From NCBI GenBank assembly GCA_038206635.1, contig JBBRAQ010000002.1:164442-228441 (forward strand): a DNA stretch of 64,000 nucleotides, in the 5' to 3' direction. The stretch comes from Candidatus Nanopelagicales bacterium (GTDB taxonomy: Bacteria; Actinomycetota; Actinomycetes; S36-B12; CAIYMF01). Position 1 is the first letter of the stretch; each line of letters begins with the position of its first letter. This document shows, in pieces, positions 1-11,374 of the stretch. The notes under the pieces were generated by a model. The model was not told where the DNA came from and searched no databases. It saw only the letters and a program-made list of their open reading frames with translations. A program made the translations under genes and the position numbers.

Positions 1-1149
<1,149 letters not shown>

Positions 1150-1168
1150 CTCAGTGACCCTATTCCTA

Positions 1169-1186
1169 TTCTGGATCGGGTCAAGA
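1169..1186. promoter_or_regulatory. Putative FurA autoregulatory box
   Basis: Imperfect palindrome TCTGGA-N5-TCAAGA in an AT-rich patch about 20 bp upstream of the furA start. Confidence 0.5.
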
Positions 1187-1268
1187 GAACGGTCGCATCG
1201 AGTTCATGTCGCGGCCCGAGGCCAGGCCCTCGTCCAGAGGCGATGGACCTGCTCGCGAGCCCGAGTCC

Positions 1269-2828
1269 TCAGGGCAGGGTGATGCCCGCGTCGGACAGCG
1301 CCTTCTCGACGCCGCCGGAGAGGAGGAACTCCTCGGCTGCGGCGAGCTCGGGCGCGAGGTAGCGGTCCATGCCCGGACCGGGCACGGTCCGGCGCAGCGC
1401 ATGCAGGACGGCGCCCGTGGCGGGAGCCGGCACGAGCGGGGCGCGCAGGTCGATGCCGCGAGCGGACGCGACGAGCTCGACGGCGAGGATGCGCCGCAGG
1501 TTGTCCACGGACAGGCGGAGCTTGCGGGCACCCGACCAGCCCATCGACACGTGGTCCTCCTGCATCGCCGAGCTCGGGATCGAGTCCACCGATGCCGGCA
1601 CAGCGAGCCGCTTGTTCTCCGACACGAGCGCGGCCTGGGTGTACTGCGCGATCATCAGCCCGCTGTCGACGCCGGGGTCGTCGGCGAGGAACGGCGGGAG
1701 CCCGTGCGAGCGCGCCTTGTCGAGCATCCGGTCGGTACGTCGTTCCGCGATCGACCCGAGGTCCGCGGAGACGATCGCGAGGAAGTCCAGGACATAGGCC
1801 ACCGGGGCGCCGTGGAAGTTGCCGTTGGACTCGACCCGACCGTCAGGGAGCACGACGGGGTTGTCGACGGCAGCGGCGAGCTCGCGGGTGGCGACGAGCC
1901 GCGCGTGCGTGATGGTGTCGCGCACTCCCCCGGCCACCTGCGGGGCGCATCGCAGCGAGTAGGCATCCTGCACGCGGGTGTCGTTCTCGAGGTGCGAGGC
2001 GACGATCGGCGAACCCGCCAGAACTGCAAGCATGCGGGCGGCGCTGCGGGTCTGGCCGGGGTGCGGTCGGAGCGGCTCGTGCAGCTCGGGCAGGAACACG
2101 CGGTCGGTGCCCAGCAGTGCCTCGATGCTCATCGCCGCAGTCACGTCGGAGACGTCGCACAGCTCCTCGAGGTCGGTGATCGCCATGACGAGCATTCCGA
2201 GCATGCCGTCGGTGCCGTTGATGAGTGCCAGGCCCTCCTTCGCCTCGAGCACAACCGGCGTGATCCCAGCGGCCGCAAGGAGTCCGGCCGATTCGGTGAT
2301 GACTCCGTCAGGGCCGGTCGCGTGGCCCTCTCCCATGAGCACGAGGGCGCAGTGCGACAACGGGGCGAGGTCGCCGCTGCAGCCGAGCGACCCGAACTCA
2401 CGCACCACGGGCGTGATCCCGGCGTTGAGCAGAGCCGCCATCGTCTCCGCGACGAGCGGGCGGATTCCCGTGCGCCCCGATGCGAGGGTCTTGAGCCGCA
2501 GGAACATGAGGGCGCGCACGACCTCGCGCTCGACGGCGTCACCCATGCCGGCCGCGTGCGAACGGATGAGGGAGCGCTGCAGCTGGGCGCGCAGGTCGGG
2601 TGAGATGTGCCGGGTCGCCAGCGCTCCGAAGCCCGTGGAGATGCCGTACTTCGGCTCCGCGGCCGCTGCGTACTCCTCCACCCGCGCGCGGGTGACGGCC
2701 ATGCCCGCCTTTGCCTGCTCGGTCAGCACGACCAGGGCGTTGCCGCGGGCAACGGCCACAACGTCCTCGATCGTCACGCCGTGGTCGTCGAGGACGACGA
2801 CGTTGTCTGCCGTGGCGGCCTGGGACAT
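1269..2828 (-). CDS. hutH: Histidine ammonia-lyase
   Basis: YGISTGFG, GSLGCSGDLAPLSH (Cys-Ser-Gly at the MIO site), ALINGT, RVQDAYSLRC, QEDHVSMG. Confidence 0.95.
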   Translation of the reverse strand: MSQAATADNVVVLDDHGVTIEDVVAVARGNALVVLTEQAKAGMAVTRARVEEYAAAAEPKYGISTGFGALATRHISPDLRAQLQRSLIRSHAAGMGDAVEREVVRALMFLRLKTLASGRTGIRPLVAETMAALLNAGITPVVREFGSLGCSGDLAPLSHCALVLMGEGHATGPDGVITESAGLLAAAGITPVVLEAKEGLALINGTDGMLGMLVMAITDLEELCDVSDVTAAMSIEALLGTDRVFLPELHEPLRPHPGQTRSAARMLAVLAGSPIVASHLENDTRVQDAYSLRCAPQVAGGVRDTITHARLVATRELAAAVDNPVVLPDGRVESNGNFHGAPVAYVLDFLAIVSADLGSIAERRTDRMLDKARSHGLPPFLADDPGVDSGLMIAQYTQAALVSENKRLAVPASVDSIPSSAMQEDHVSMGWSGARKLRLSVDNLRRILAVELVASARGIDLRAPLVPAPATGAVLHALRRTVPGPGMDRYLAPELAAAEEFLLSGGVEKALSDAGITLP

Positions 2829-2870
2829 GGGGTTCTCCTTCGTCGGGGTCATCGCCGGCTCGTCACTGGC

Positions 2871-4070
2871 TCATCGAACGCGAGCGCCGGCCCGGAAGAC
2901 CGACCGCACGAGCGGCACACCGGGACGGTAGGCCAGATGCAGGTGGCTGGGGGCGTCGAGCAGCACGAGGTCACCGCGCGCGCCAACCGCGAGGTGCCCG
3001 ATGTCGGTGCGGCGCAGCGCTCGGGCACCGCCCGCCGTCGCCGACCAGACAGCCTCGGACGGCGTCATCCGCATGTCGCGGACGGCGACGGCGATGCAGA
3101 ACGGAATGTTCGTCGTGTAGCTCGAGCCCGGGTTGCAGTCGGCCGCCAGCGCCACCGTGACACCGGCGTCGAGCAGCCGCCGGGCGTCGGGGTAGGGGGA
3201 CCGCGTGGAGAACTCCGCCCCCGGCAGCAGCGTCGCGACGGTGTCGCTGGAGGCGAGCGCCTCGACATCGTCGTCGGTGACATGGGTGAGGTGGTCAGCG
3301 GAGGCTGCACCGAGCTCCACGGCGATCTGGACGCCCGGACCGGCCTGCAGCTGGTTGGCGTGGATGCGCGGCTTGAGGCCGCGTGCCATGCCGGCGCGAA
3401 GGATCTCCCGCGCCTGGTCGGCGTCGAAGGCGCCGCGGTCGCAGAACACGTCGATCCACGTGGCGTAGGGGGCGCACGCGTCGAGCATCGGTCCCGTGAC
3501 GAGCGCGACGTAGTCGTCGACGCGGTCGGTGTACTCCGCGGGGACGACGTGCGCCCCGAGGAACGTGACCTCCTCGACGTGGCGCCCGGCGATCTGCAGG
3601 GACCGCATCTCGTCCGCGACGCTGAGCCCGTACCCGGACTTGCACTCAGCCGTCGTCGTGCCGCTCAGCGCCGCTTCCCGCACGAGCCGGGCGACGCCGG
3701 TCGAGAGCTGCTCGTCGTCGGCGGACCTGGTCGCTCTCACGGTCGAGGCGATCCCGCCCGCCGAGTAGGGCTCACCGGCCATGCGTGCGGCGAACTCCTC
3801 GGCCCGGTCCCCGGCGAACACGAGGTGGCCGTGGCTGTCGACGAAGCCGGGGATCACCGCCGCGCCGGCGGCGTCGATCCGACCGTTGGCCTCACCGCTC
3901 GGCAGGTCGGCGCGAGGGCCGGAGTACCGCACGACGCCGTCGACGACGAGCAACGCGGCGTCCCGGACGATCCCGAGCGGACCATCACCCCTTTCCGGGT
4001 CGTTGGTGACGAGCTCACCGATGTTGTCGACGAGGACGCTTCCCGTGCGGACGCCGGAACCGATGCTCAA
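2871..4070 (-). CDS. hutI: Imidazolonepropionase
   Basis: [50 protein letters not shown]; probable TTG start at 4070 just after the hutU stop. Confidence 0.93.
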   Translation of the reverse strand: MSIGSGVRTGSVLVDNIGELVTNDPERGDGPLGIVRDAALLVVDGVVRYSGPRADLPSGEANGRIDAAGAAVIPGFVDSHGHLVFAGDRAEEFAARMAGEPYSAGGIASTVRATRSADDEQLSTGVARLVREAALSGTTTAECKSGYGLSVADEMRSLQIAGRHVEEVTFLGAHVVPAEYTDRVDDYVALVTGPMLDACAPYATWIDVFCDRGAFDADQAREILRAGMARGLKPRIHANQLQAGPGVQIAVELGAASADHLTHVTDDDVEALASSDTVATLLPGAEFSTRSPYPDARRLLDAGVTVALAADCNPGSSYTTNIPFCIAVAVRDMRMTPSEAVWSATAGGARALRRTDIGHLAVGARGDLVLLDAPSHLHLAYRPGVPLVRSVFRAGARVR

Positions 4071-4075
4071 GCGCG

Positions 4076-5752
<1,677 letters not shown>

Positions 5753-5835
5753 CGGGGCTCCCGGGAGCGTCGGGGTGGGGACGACCGCCATTCCACCGCC
5801 TCCGGGCCTCCTCTCGCGCGCCTCCCCGTGATTCA

Positions 5836-5855
5836 CTGTCTGGGATATCAGACAG
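5836..5855. promoter_or_regulatory. Putative HutR operator
   Basis: Perfect-arm palindrome CTGTCTG-GGATAT-CAGACAG between divergent hutU and the IclR gene. Confidence 0.7.
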
Positions 5856-5881
5856 GCTGACTGGACAGGAGCCGCGAGGTC

Positions 5882-6649
5882 ATGGGGAGCTCGGTTCCGG
5901 CCGCTCGACATGCGCTCGCCATCCTCACCTTCCTCGCGTCGCGCCCCGGGCCGGCCGGTGCGGCCGCCATCGCTCGGGCGCTGCCGCTCCCCCGGTCGAC
6001 GACGTACCACCTGCTCGCGGAGCTGCAGGCGGCCGGCTTCGTGGTGCACCTGCCGGAGGAGCGGGCCTACGGGCTGGGCGTCGCGGCATTCGAGGTGGGG
6101 TCGGCGTACCTCCGGCACGACCCGCTGGAGCGGCTGGCGCGGCCGCTGCTGGTGCGTCTCGTCGAGCAGACCCAGCAGACCGTGCAGCTGGGGATCCTGC
6201 AGGGCAACGAGACGGTGTACCTGCTCAAGGAGCAGCCTCGGGCGCCTCTCACGCTCATCACCGACATCGGCGTGCGGCTCCCCGCGCACCTGACCGCGAG
6301 CGGTCGGGCGATGCTCGCGCACCTTCCCGCGGCGCAGGTACGGGCGCTGTACCCGGGGCCGACGGCGTTCACGACCCGCACCGGACGTGGCCCGACGTCG
6401 CTGCGCGAGCTGCGCGAGCTCGTGCGCATCGAGAGGCAGCGCGGCTACTGCGAGGAGGACGGCTTCGTCACGGTCGGCTACGCCTCCGTAGCGGCGTGCG
6501 TGTTCGACCACGGCTCACGCCCCACCGCCGCCATCGCCGTCACGTTCGCCGACGACGTCGACGCCGGACTCCGAGCCCGGCTCGCTTCGGCGGCGATCTC
6601 GGCAGCCGGCGCGCTCACGACCCGCATCTCCGGACGCCGCCCGGACTGA
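5882..6649 (+). CDS. hutR: IclR-family regulator of the hut genes (HutR-like)
   Basis: IclR helix-turn-helix ([10 protein letters not shown]) and effector domain ([22 protein letters not shown]); divergent from hutU. Confidence 0.85.
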   Translation: MGSSVPAARHALAILTFLASRPGPAGAAAIARALPLPRSTTYHLLAELQAAGFVVHLPEERAYGLGVAAFEVGSAYLRHDPLERLARPLLVRLVEQTQQTVQLGILQGNETVYLLKEQPRAPLTLITDIGVRLPAHLTASGRAMLAHLPAAQVRALYPGPTAFTTRTGRGPTSLRELRELVRIERQRGYCEEDGFVTVGYASVAACVFDHGSRPTAAIAVTFADDVDAGLRARLASAAISAAGALTTRISGRRPD

Positions 6650-6799
6650 GCCTCGTCGGCCCGTTGCGGCTGCTCGCTGACGCCTGTGCGCAGCCGGGCG
6701 TCGCCGCCAAGGGTCTTCCCCCACGTCCCAGGAGCCGCCGTCGGCAGCCGCTGGGACGTCGGGTCCGCGGATCGGCCAGTAGGGACCGTCCACGACGGG

Positions 6800-6931
6800 T
6801 CAGTGCTTCTTGGCCGGGACGATCTCGATCGTGGAGGTTCCCGACTTCGCCTTCTTGTCGAGACGCTTCTCCTTGATGGACTTCCCGGCGGCCTTCTTCT
6901 GCATGTGCTGTCGCGGGGACTTGTCAGCCAC
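6800..6931 (-). CDS. Small Lys-rich protein, 43 aa (MADKSPRQHMQKKAAGKSIKEKRLDKKAKSGTSTIEIVPAKKH)
   Basis: GAGGAG ribosome-binding site before a GTG start; clean ORF in an intergenic gap; below the ORF-track length cutoff. Confidence 0.7.
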   Translation of the reverse strand: MADKSPRQHMQKKAAGKSIKEKRLDKKAKSGTSTIEIVPAKKH

Positions 6932-7098
6932 GGTGGCTCCTCACGAGCGGGAGGCCTGGACGGCCCCGTGACTTGTGACAGTACGCCTCTTGCCCTCCGG
7001 CAGTCGCTGTTCGACCGGCCTCGGGGGCCGTCGGCGGCCGGCCCGCGTAGACCGACGACGGGGATGGCACCGGTGCGAGCAGCGTGTCGCGCCCCGCC

Positions 7099-7968
7099 TC
7101 ACGTCGTGGCGGTGAACGTGTCGCGCCAGGAGTGCTGGGGCTCATAGCCCAGCACGCGACGCGCCTTGTCGATGCTCAGCAGCGTCTCCGTGCCGGTCAC
7201 CTGGCGACGCATCTCCACACCCGGGAACACCAGCGCGGCGAGCTCGGCACTGGGCATCGTCATGCACGTGTCGGCGTTGGCGACGATGAACACGTCGTAG
7301 CCGGTGGCCTGGTGCTCGATGGCCAGCCGGACGGCCTGCGCCCCGTCACGGGCGTCGATGTAGCCCCAGAGGTTCCACTTGCGCTCGTGCGGGTCGGCCT
7401 CGAACGCCGGGAACGCCGCGTACTCCTGCGGCTCCATCACGTTGGAGAACCGGAGACCGATGATCTTCGTCTGCGGGTCCCAGCGGCAGAAGTGGTGCGC
7501 CATCTCCTCCTCGACCGCCTTGCCCAGGGAGTACGAGGAGTCCGGCAGCACGCGGTAGTCCTCGTCGACAGGGATGTACGGCGGCGCGGTCGTGCCGAAC
7601 GGGAGCCCCAGGACGGTCTCGCTGGAGGCCCACACGACGTTACGGATGCCGGCGACGCGTGCCGCCTCGAACACGTTGTAGGTGCTCACGACATTGTTCG
7701 CGAACGTTGCCGCGTTCGGCGCGATTCCCGGTGCCGGGATGGCGGCGAGGTGCACGACGGCGTCGATCGAGTCATAGCGGTCATCGACCCTGGTCAGCGC
7801 GCCGAGAACCTGGCCGTAGTCGGTGACGTCCACGCGCGTGATGTCGGCGTTCCATCCCGGCGGTGTGACGGCGTCGAGCACCACCACGTCGTAGCCGTGC
7901 GCCCGCAGGTCGAGCACCACCGCCCGTCCGAGCTTGCCACTGCCACCTGTGACCGCGATCCGTGCCAT
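7099..7968 (-). CDS. NAD-dependent epimerase/dehydratase family protein
   Basis: RIAVTGGSGKLG Rossmann motif, AVVHLAA, YSLGK (YxxxK). Confidence 0.9.
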   Translation of the reverse strand: MARIAVTGGSGKLGRAVVLDLRAHGYDVVVLDAVTPPGWNADITRVDVTDYGQVLGALTRVDDRYDSIDAVVHLAAIPAPGIAPNAATFANNVVSTYNVFEAARVAGIRNVVWASSETVLGLPFGTTAPPYIPVDEDYRVLPDSSYSLGKAVEEEMAHHFCRWDPQTKIIGLRFSNVMEPQEYAAFPAFEADPHERKWNLWGYIDARDGAQAVRLAIEHQATGYDVFIVANADTCMTMPSAELAALVFPGVEMRRQVTGTETLLSIDKARRVLGYEPQHSWRDTFTATT

Positions 7969-8039
7969 CGACGTCTCCTCGTGTCCTGACACCTGGTCCG
8001 GCGTCAGGTCCATCCTGCCCCGTCCCCCGATGACGCGGC

Positions 8040-10820
8040 TCAGCCTGAGGAGTGCCGCGCCCTCCGCGCAGTCTCGACATCGGCCATCGGGGAGTCCATG
8101 AGCCGGCGGTAAGGGACGGTGAGTGGCCGGTTCGCCCCGTGCAGCAGAGTCTCGGCGTCGGTGCTCGCGAACAGCTGGGCGAGGCGCGCGACAACACCGG
8201 TCCACCCGGTCTGGTGCGACGCCCCGATCCCCGCACCGTTGTCCCCGTGGAAGTACTCGTAGAACAGGATGTTGTCCCCCCACGTGGGATCGGTCTGGAA
8301 CCGCGCGGTGTCGCCGTAGACGGGCCGGCGACCGTCGGCGTCGCGCGTGAACGTCGACAAGAGCCGCGAGCTCAGCTCCTCAGCGACCTCGTACAGCGTC
8401 ATCTCGTTGCCCGAGCCGGTCGGGCACTCGATGCGGAAGTCGTCGCCGTAGTAGAGGTAGTACTGCAGCAGTGCACGGACGAGCAGGACGTTCACGGGGA
8501 ACCACACCGGCCCACGCCAGTTGGAGTTCCCGCCGAACATGCCGCTCTCGGACTCGGCAGGCTCGTACTTCACGGTGTACTGCTGGCCGTCGAGGTCGAG
8601 GGTGTAGGGGTGCTCGAGGTGCCACTTGGACACCGAGCGGATCCCGTGCGCACCGAAGAAGCGGTCCTCGTCGAGCATCTTGTTCAGGATGCGCCGCAGC
8701 TTCGTCTCGTCCACCAGTGCCAGCAGCCGCCTTCCGTCGACGCCGGGGACACGCGGGTCGGCGATACCGCCGAGCAGGTCGCCGTTGCGGTCGAGGTACA
8801 TCCGGATCTGGTCGGTGATGCCGGGGAACCGATCGAGGATCGACTGCGGCAGCACCGACGCCGCGCACAGCGGCAGCAGGCCGACAAGTGACCGCACCTC
8901 GATGCGCCGGCCCGTGCCGTCGGGCAGCCGGAGCACGTCGTAGAAGAAGCCGTCCTCCTCGTCCCACATCTCGTCAGGGTGCGCTCCGAGCGGGTCCATG
9001 GCCATGGCGATCTGGAACCAGTGGTGGACGAACTTGATGATGAAGCCCTCGTAGGCCGGGTCATGCTCGGACAGTGCGATCGCGAGCTCGATCATGTTCT
9101 GGCTGTAAAACGCCATCCACGCTGTGCCGTCGGACTGCTCGAGCGTCCCGCCTGACGGGATGGCGTTGCTGCGGTCGAAGACGCCGATGTTGTCCAGGCC
9201 GAGGAAGCCCCCCTCGAACACGTTCTTGCCCGAGGGGTCCTTGCGGTTGACCCACCAGGTGAAGTTGAGCAGCAGCTTGCTGAACGCCTCGGCGAGGAAG
9301 TCGACGTCGTCGGCCGAGACCGACTGCTCCCCGCCATGGTCGGACATCTGTCGCTCGAGGCCGCTCACGAGAGAGAGAGCCCACGCGTGCACCGGAGGGT
9401 TGACGTCGCTGAAGTTCCACTCGTACGCCGGGATCTGGCCCGTCGGGTGCAGGTAGGGCGAGGAGAGCATGAGATCGAGCTGGCTCTTGGCGAAGTCCGG
9501 GTCGACCATGGCGAGCGCGACGGTGTGGAAGGCGAGGTCCCATGCCGCGTACCAGGGGTACTCCCACTTGTCGGGCATCGAGATGATGTCGTCGTTGAGC
9601 ATGTGGAACCACTGGGCATTGCGGACGCCATGACGCGTCGGTGCTCGGAGTGGGTGCGCGTCGTGCTCGCGCAGCCACAGGTCGAGGTCGAAGTAGTAGT
9701 GCTGCTTGGTCCACAGCATCCCGGCCAGGGCCTGGCGCAGGACGGAGGACGTGTCACCGTCGAGCGACGGAGGAGTGATCGACTCGTAGAACTCGTCGGC
9801 GTCCGCCTCGCGTGCCGCAAGGACGGCGTCGACGTCGGCGAACGGGTCGGCCGCACCCGGTGCCTGGTCGTTGAGCCGCACGGTGAAGGTGACCTCGCCG
9901 CCTGCCGGAACGTTGCTCGTGAACCGCACGGAGACCTTGGTGCCGCGCACGTCGTTGACCGCGTCGACCTCACCGTCGACGACCGTCCGGTTGACGCCGT
10001 CCTTCACGTAGGGGCTTGTGTTGGGGGTGCCGAACACACGCTGGTTGTTCGTCTCGTTGTCGCAGAACAGAAGCGACGCCGACTCCGGGATGTGGAGCCA
10101 GTACTCCCCCACGACGGCGTGGGTCACCTGGACGGCAGGGTGCGGGCCGGCGACGGCGTCCAGGCTGGGACGGGTGTCGCCGTGACCCCATGACCACGTG
10201 TTCCGGAACCAGAGGGTCGGCAGCACGTCGATCGGCGCGTCGAGGTCGCCACGGTTGCGCACGGTGATGCGTGCGATGAGGTCGAGGGGACCGGACTTCG
10301 CGTAGTCGACCTCGACGTCGAAGTAGCGGTCGTCGTCGAACACCCCGGTGTCGAGGAGCTCGTACTCCATGTCGCCGTAGCCACGTGCCGCGTTGGTGGC
10401 GACGAGGTCGCCGTAGGGGAAGGCCTTCTGGGGGTACTTGTAGCGCCAGCGCATCCAGGAGTGGGTCGGGGTGTTGTCGGTGTAGAAGTAGTACTCCTTC
10501 ACGTCCTCGCCATGGTTGCCCTCGGAGTTCGTGAGACCGAAGAGGCGCTCCTTGAGGATCGGGTCCGCGCCGTTCCAGAGTGCCAGGGAGAAGCAGAGGA
10601 GCCCCTTGCTGTCGCTGACGCCGGCCAGCCCGTCCTCACCCCACCGGTAGGTACGCGACCGCGACTGGTCGTGAGTGAAGTACGACCAGGCGTCGCCGTC
10701 GTCGCTGTAGTCCTCCCGGACGGTGCCCCACTGCCGCTCGCTCAGGTAAGGCCCCCAACGTCGCCACGGCACACCCTCGCGTGCCTCGCGCAGCCTGGTT
10801 TCCTCCGCCGTCAGGTCCAT
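8040..10820 (-). CDS. GH63-like (MGH1-type) glucosidase
   Basis: WRRWGPYLSERQWGTVREDY, MPDKWEYPWYAAWDLAFH, GFLGLDNI, SNWRGPVW, YEYFHGDNGAGIGASHQTGWT. Confidence 0.88.
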   Translation of the reverse strand: MDLTAEETRLREAREGVPWRRWGPYLSERQWGTVREDYSDDGDAWSYFTHDQSRSRTYRWGEDGLAGVSDSKGLLCFSLALWNGADPILKERLFGLTNSEGNHGEDVKEYYFYTDNTPTHSWMRWRYKYPQKAFPYGDLVATNAARGYGDMEYELLDTGVFDDDRYFDVEVDYAKSGPLDLIARITVRNRGDLDAPIDVLPTLWFRNTWSWGHGDTRPSLDAVAGPHPAVQVTHAVVGEYWLHIPESASLLFCDNETNNQRVFGTPNTSPYVKDGVNRTVVDGEVDAVNDVRGTKVSVRFTSNVPAGGEVTFTVRLNDQAPGAADPFADVDAVLAAREADADEFYESITPPSLDGDTSSVLRQALAGMLWTKQHYYFDLDLWLREHDAHPLRAPTRHGVRNAQWFHMLNDDIISMPDKWEYPWYAAWDLAFHTVALAMVDPDFAKSQLDLMLSSPYLHPTGQIPAYEWNFSDVNPPVHAWALSLVSGLERQMSDHGGEQSVSADDVDFLAEAFSKLLLNFTWWVNRKDPSGKNVFEGGFLGLDNIGVFDRSNAIPSGGTLEQSDGTAWMAFYSQNMIELAIALSEHDPAYEGFIIKFVHHWFQIAMAMDPLGAHPDEMWDEEDGFFYDVLRLPDGTGRRIEVRSLVGLLPLCAASVLPQSILDRFPGITDQIRMYLDRNGDLLGGIADPRVPGVDGRRLLALVDETKLRRILNKMLDEDRFFGAHGIRSVSKWHLEHPYTLDLDGQQYTVKYEPAESESGMFGGNSNWRGPVWFPVNVLLVRALLQYYLYYGDDFRIECPTGSGNEMTLYEVAEELSSRLLSTFTRDADGRRPVYGDTARFQTDPTWGDNILFYEYFHGDNGAGIGASHQTGWTGVVARLAQLFASTDAETLLHGANRPLTVPYRRLMDSPMADVETARRARHSSG

Positions 10821-11001
10821 CCCGAATCCCCTTTGCGCCAGCAAGGCCCGCGACCGTTGCGTGGCCCAGCCTAGGGAGGCAGCGCCACGCGCGGGGCCGC
10901 TCGCGGATGAACAGGAGACGTCCCCGGTGCGGCGCTGACTCGGCAGCCGAGGGCTACCGCGGCTCGGAGTCGACGCGGGCGGTCCGGGCATGCCTCAGCA
11001 C

Positions 11002-11030
11002 CCGTGATCCCCTGGTTACGGGGGGATCAC
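11002..11030. terminator. Hairpin, likely terminator
   Basis: 10-bp inverted repeat CGTGATCCCC...GGGGATCACG. Confidence 0.55.
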
Positions 11031-11060
11031 GAGTGCCGTGAAGGCCGGACCCGTGAAGGG

Positions 11061-11222
11061 TCAGTGGATCCAGGAGATGCGCAGCCCGACCTGGGCGCGA
11101 AGCTTCGCATTTTCGGCGTCGAGGACAAGCCGGCGTCGGCGCGGCTGCGGCACACGGGACTGCTGACGTGCCACGCGCTCGCTCTGATCGTGATCCGACG
11201 GGCCGAGATGCGACTTCCTCAT
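11061..11222 (-). CDS. Small hypothetical protein, 53 aa (MRKSHLGPSD...LDAENAKLRAQVGLRISWIH)
   Basis: GAGGAG ribosome-binding site 5 nt before ATG; followed by a hairpin; short coiled-coil-like segment. Confidence 0.45.
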   Translation of the reverse strand: MRKSHLGPSDHDQSERVARQQSRVPQPRRRRLVLDAENAKLRAQVGLRISWIH

Positions 11223-11374
11223 GATGACTCCTCACCACCCGAACGCACGGGGGTACCCCCAGTATTCCACTATTCGCATGCAAAGTCGCCTCGACGGCGC
11301 CCGGCTCGTCGCGCTCGGCGGGTGCGCGATAGCCACAACGCTGCGGCTGGCGAGATCCGTTACCGTGCAACGCG

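Noticed and set aside
1206-2603. Long antisense or alternate-frame ORFs throughout (e.g. 1206-2603, 11618-13798, 20336-22909, 34882-36264)
   Set aside because: These are typical high-GC shadow ORFs opposite well-supported genes and have no motifs.
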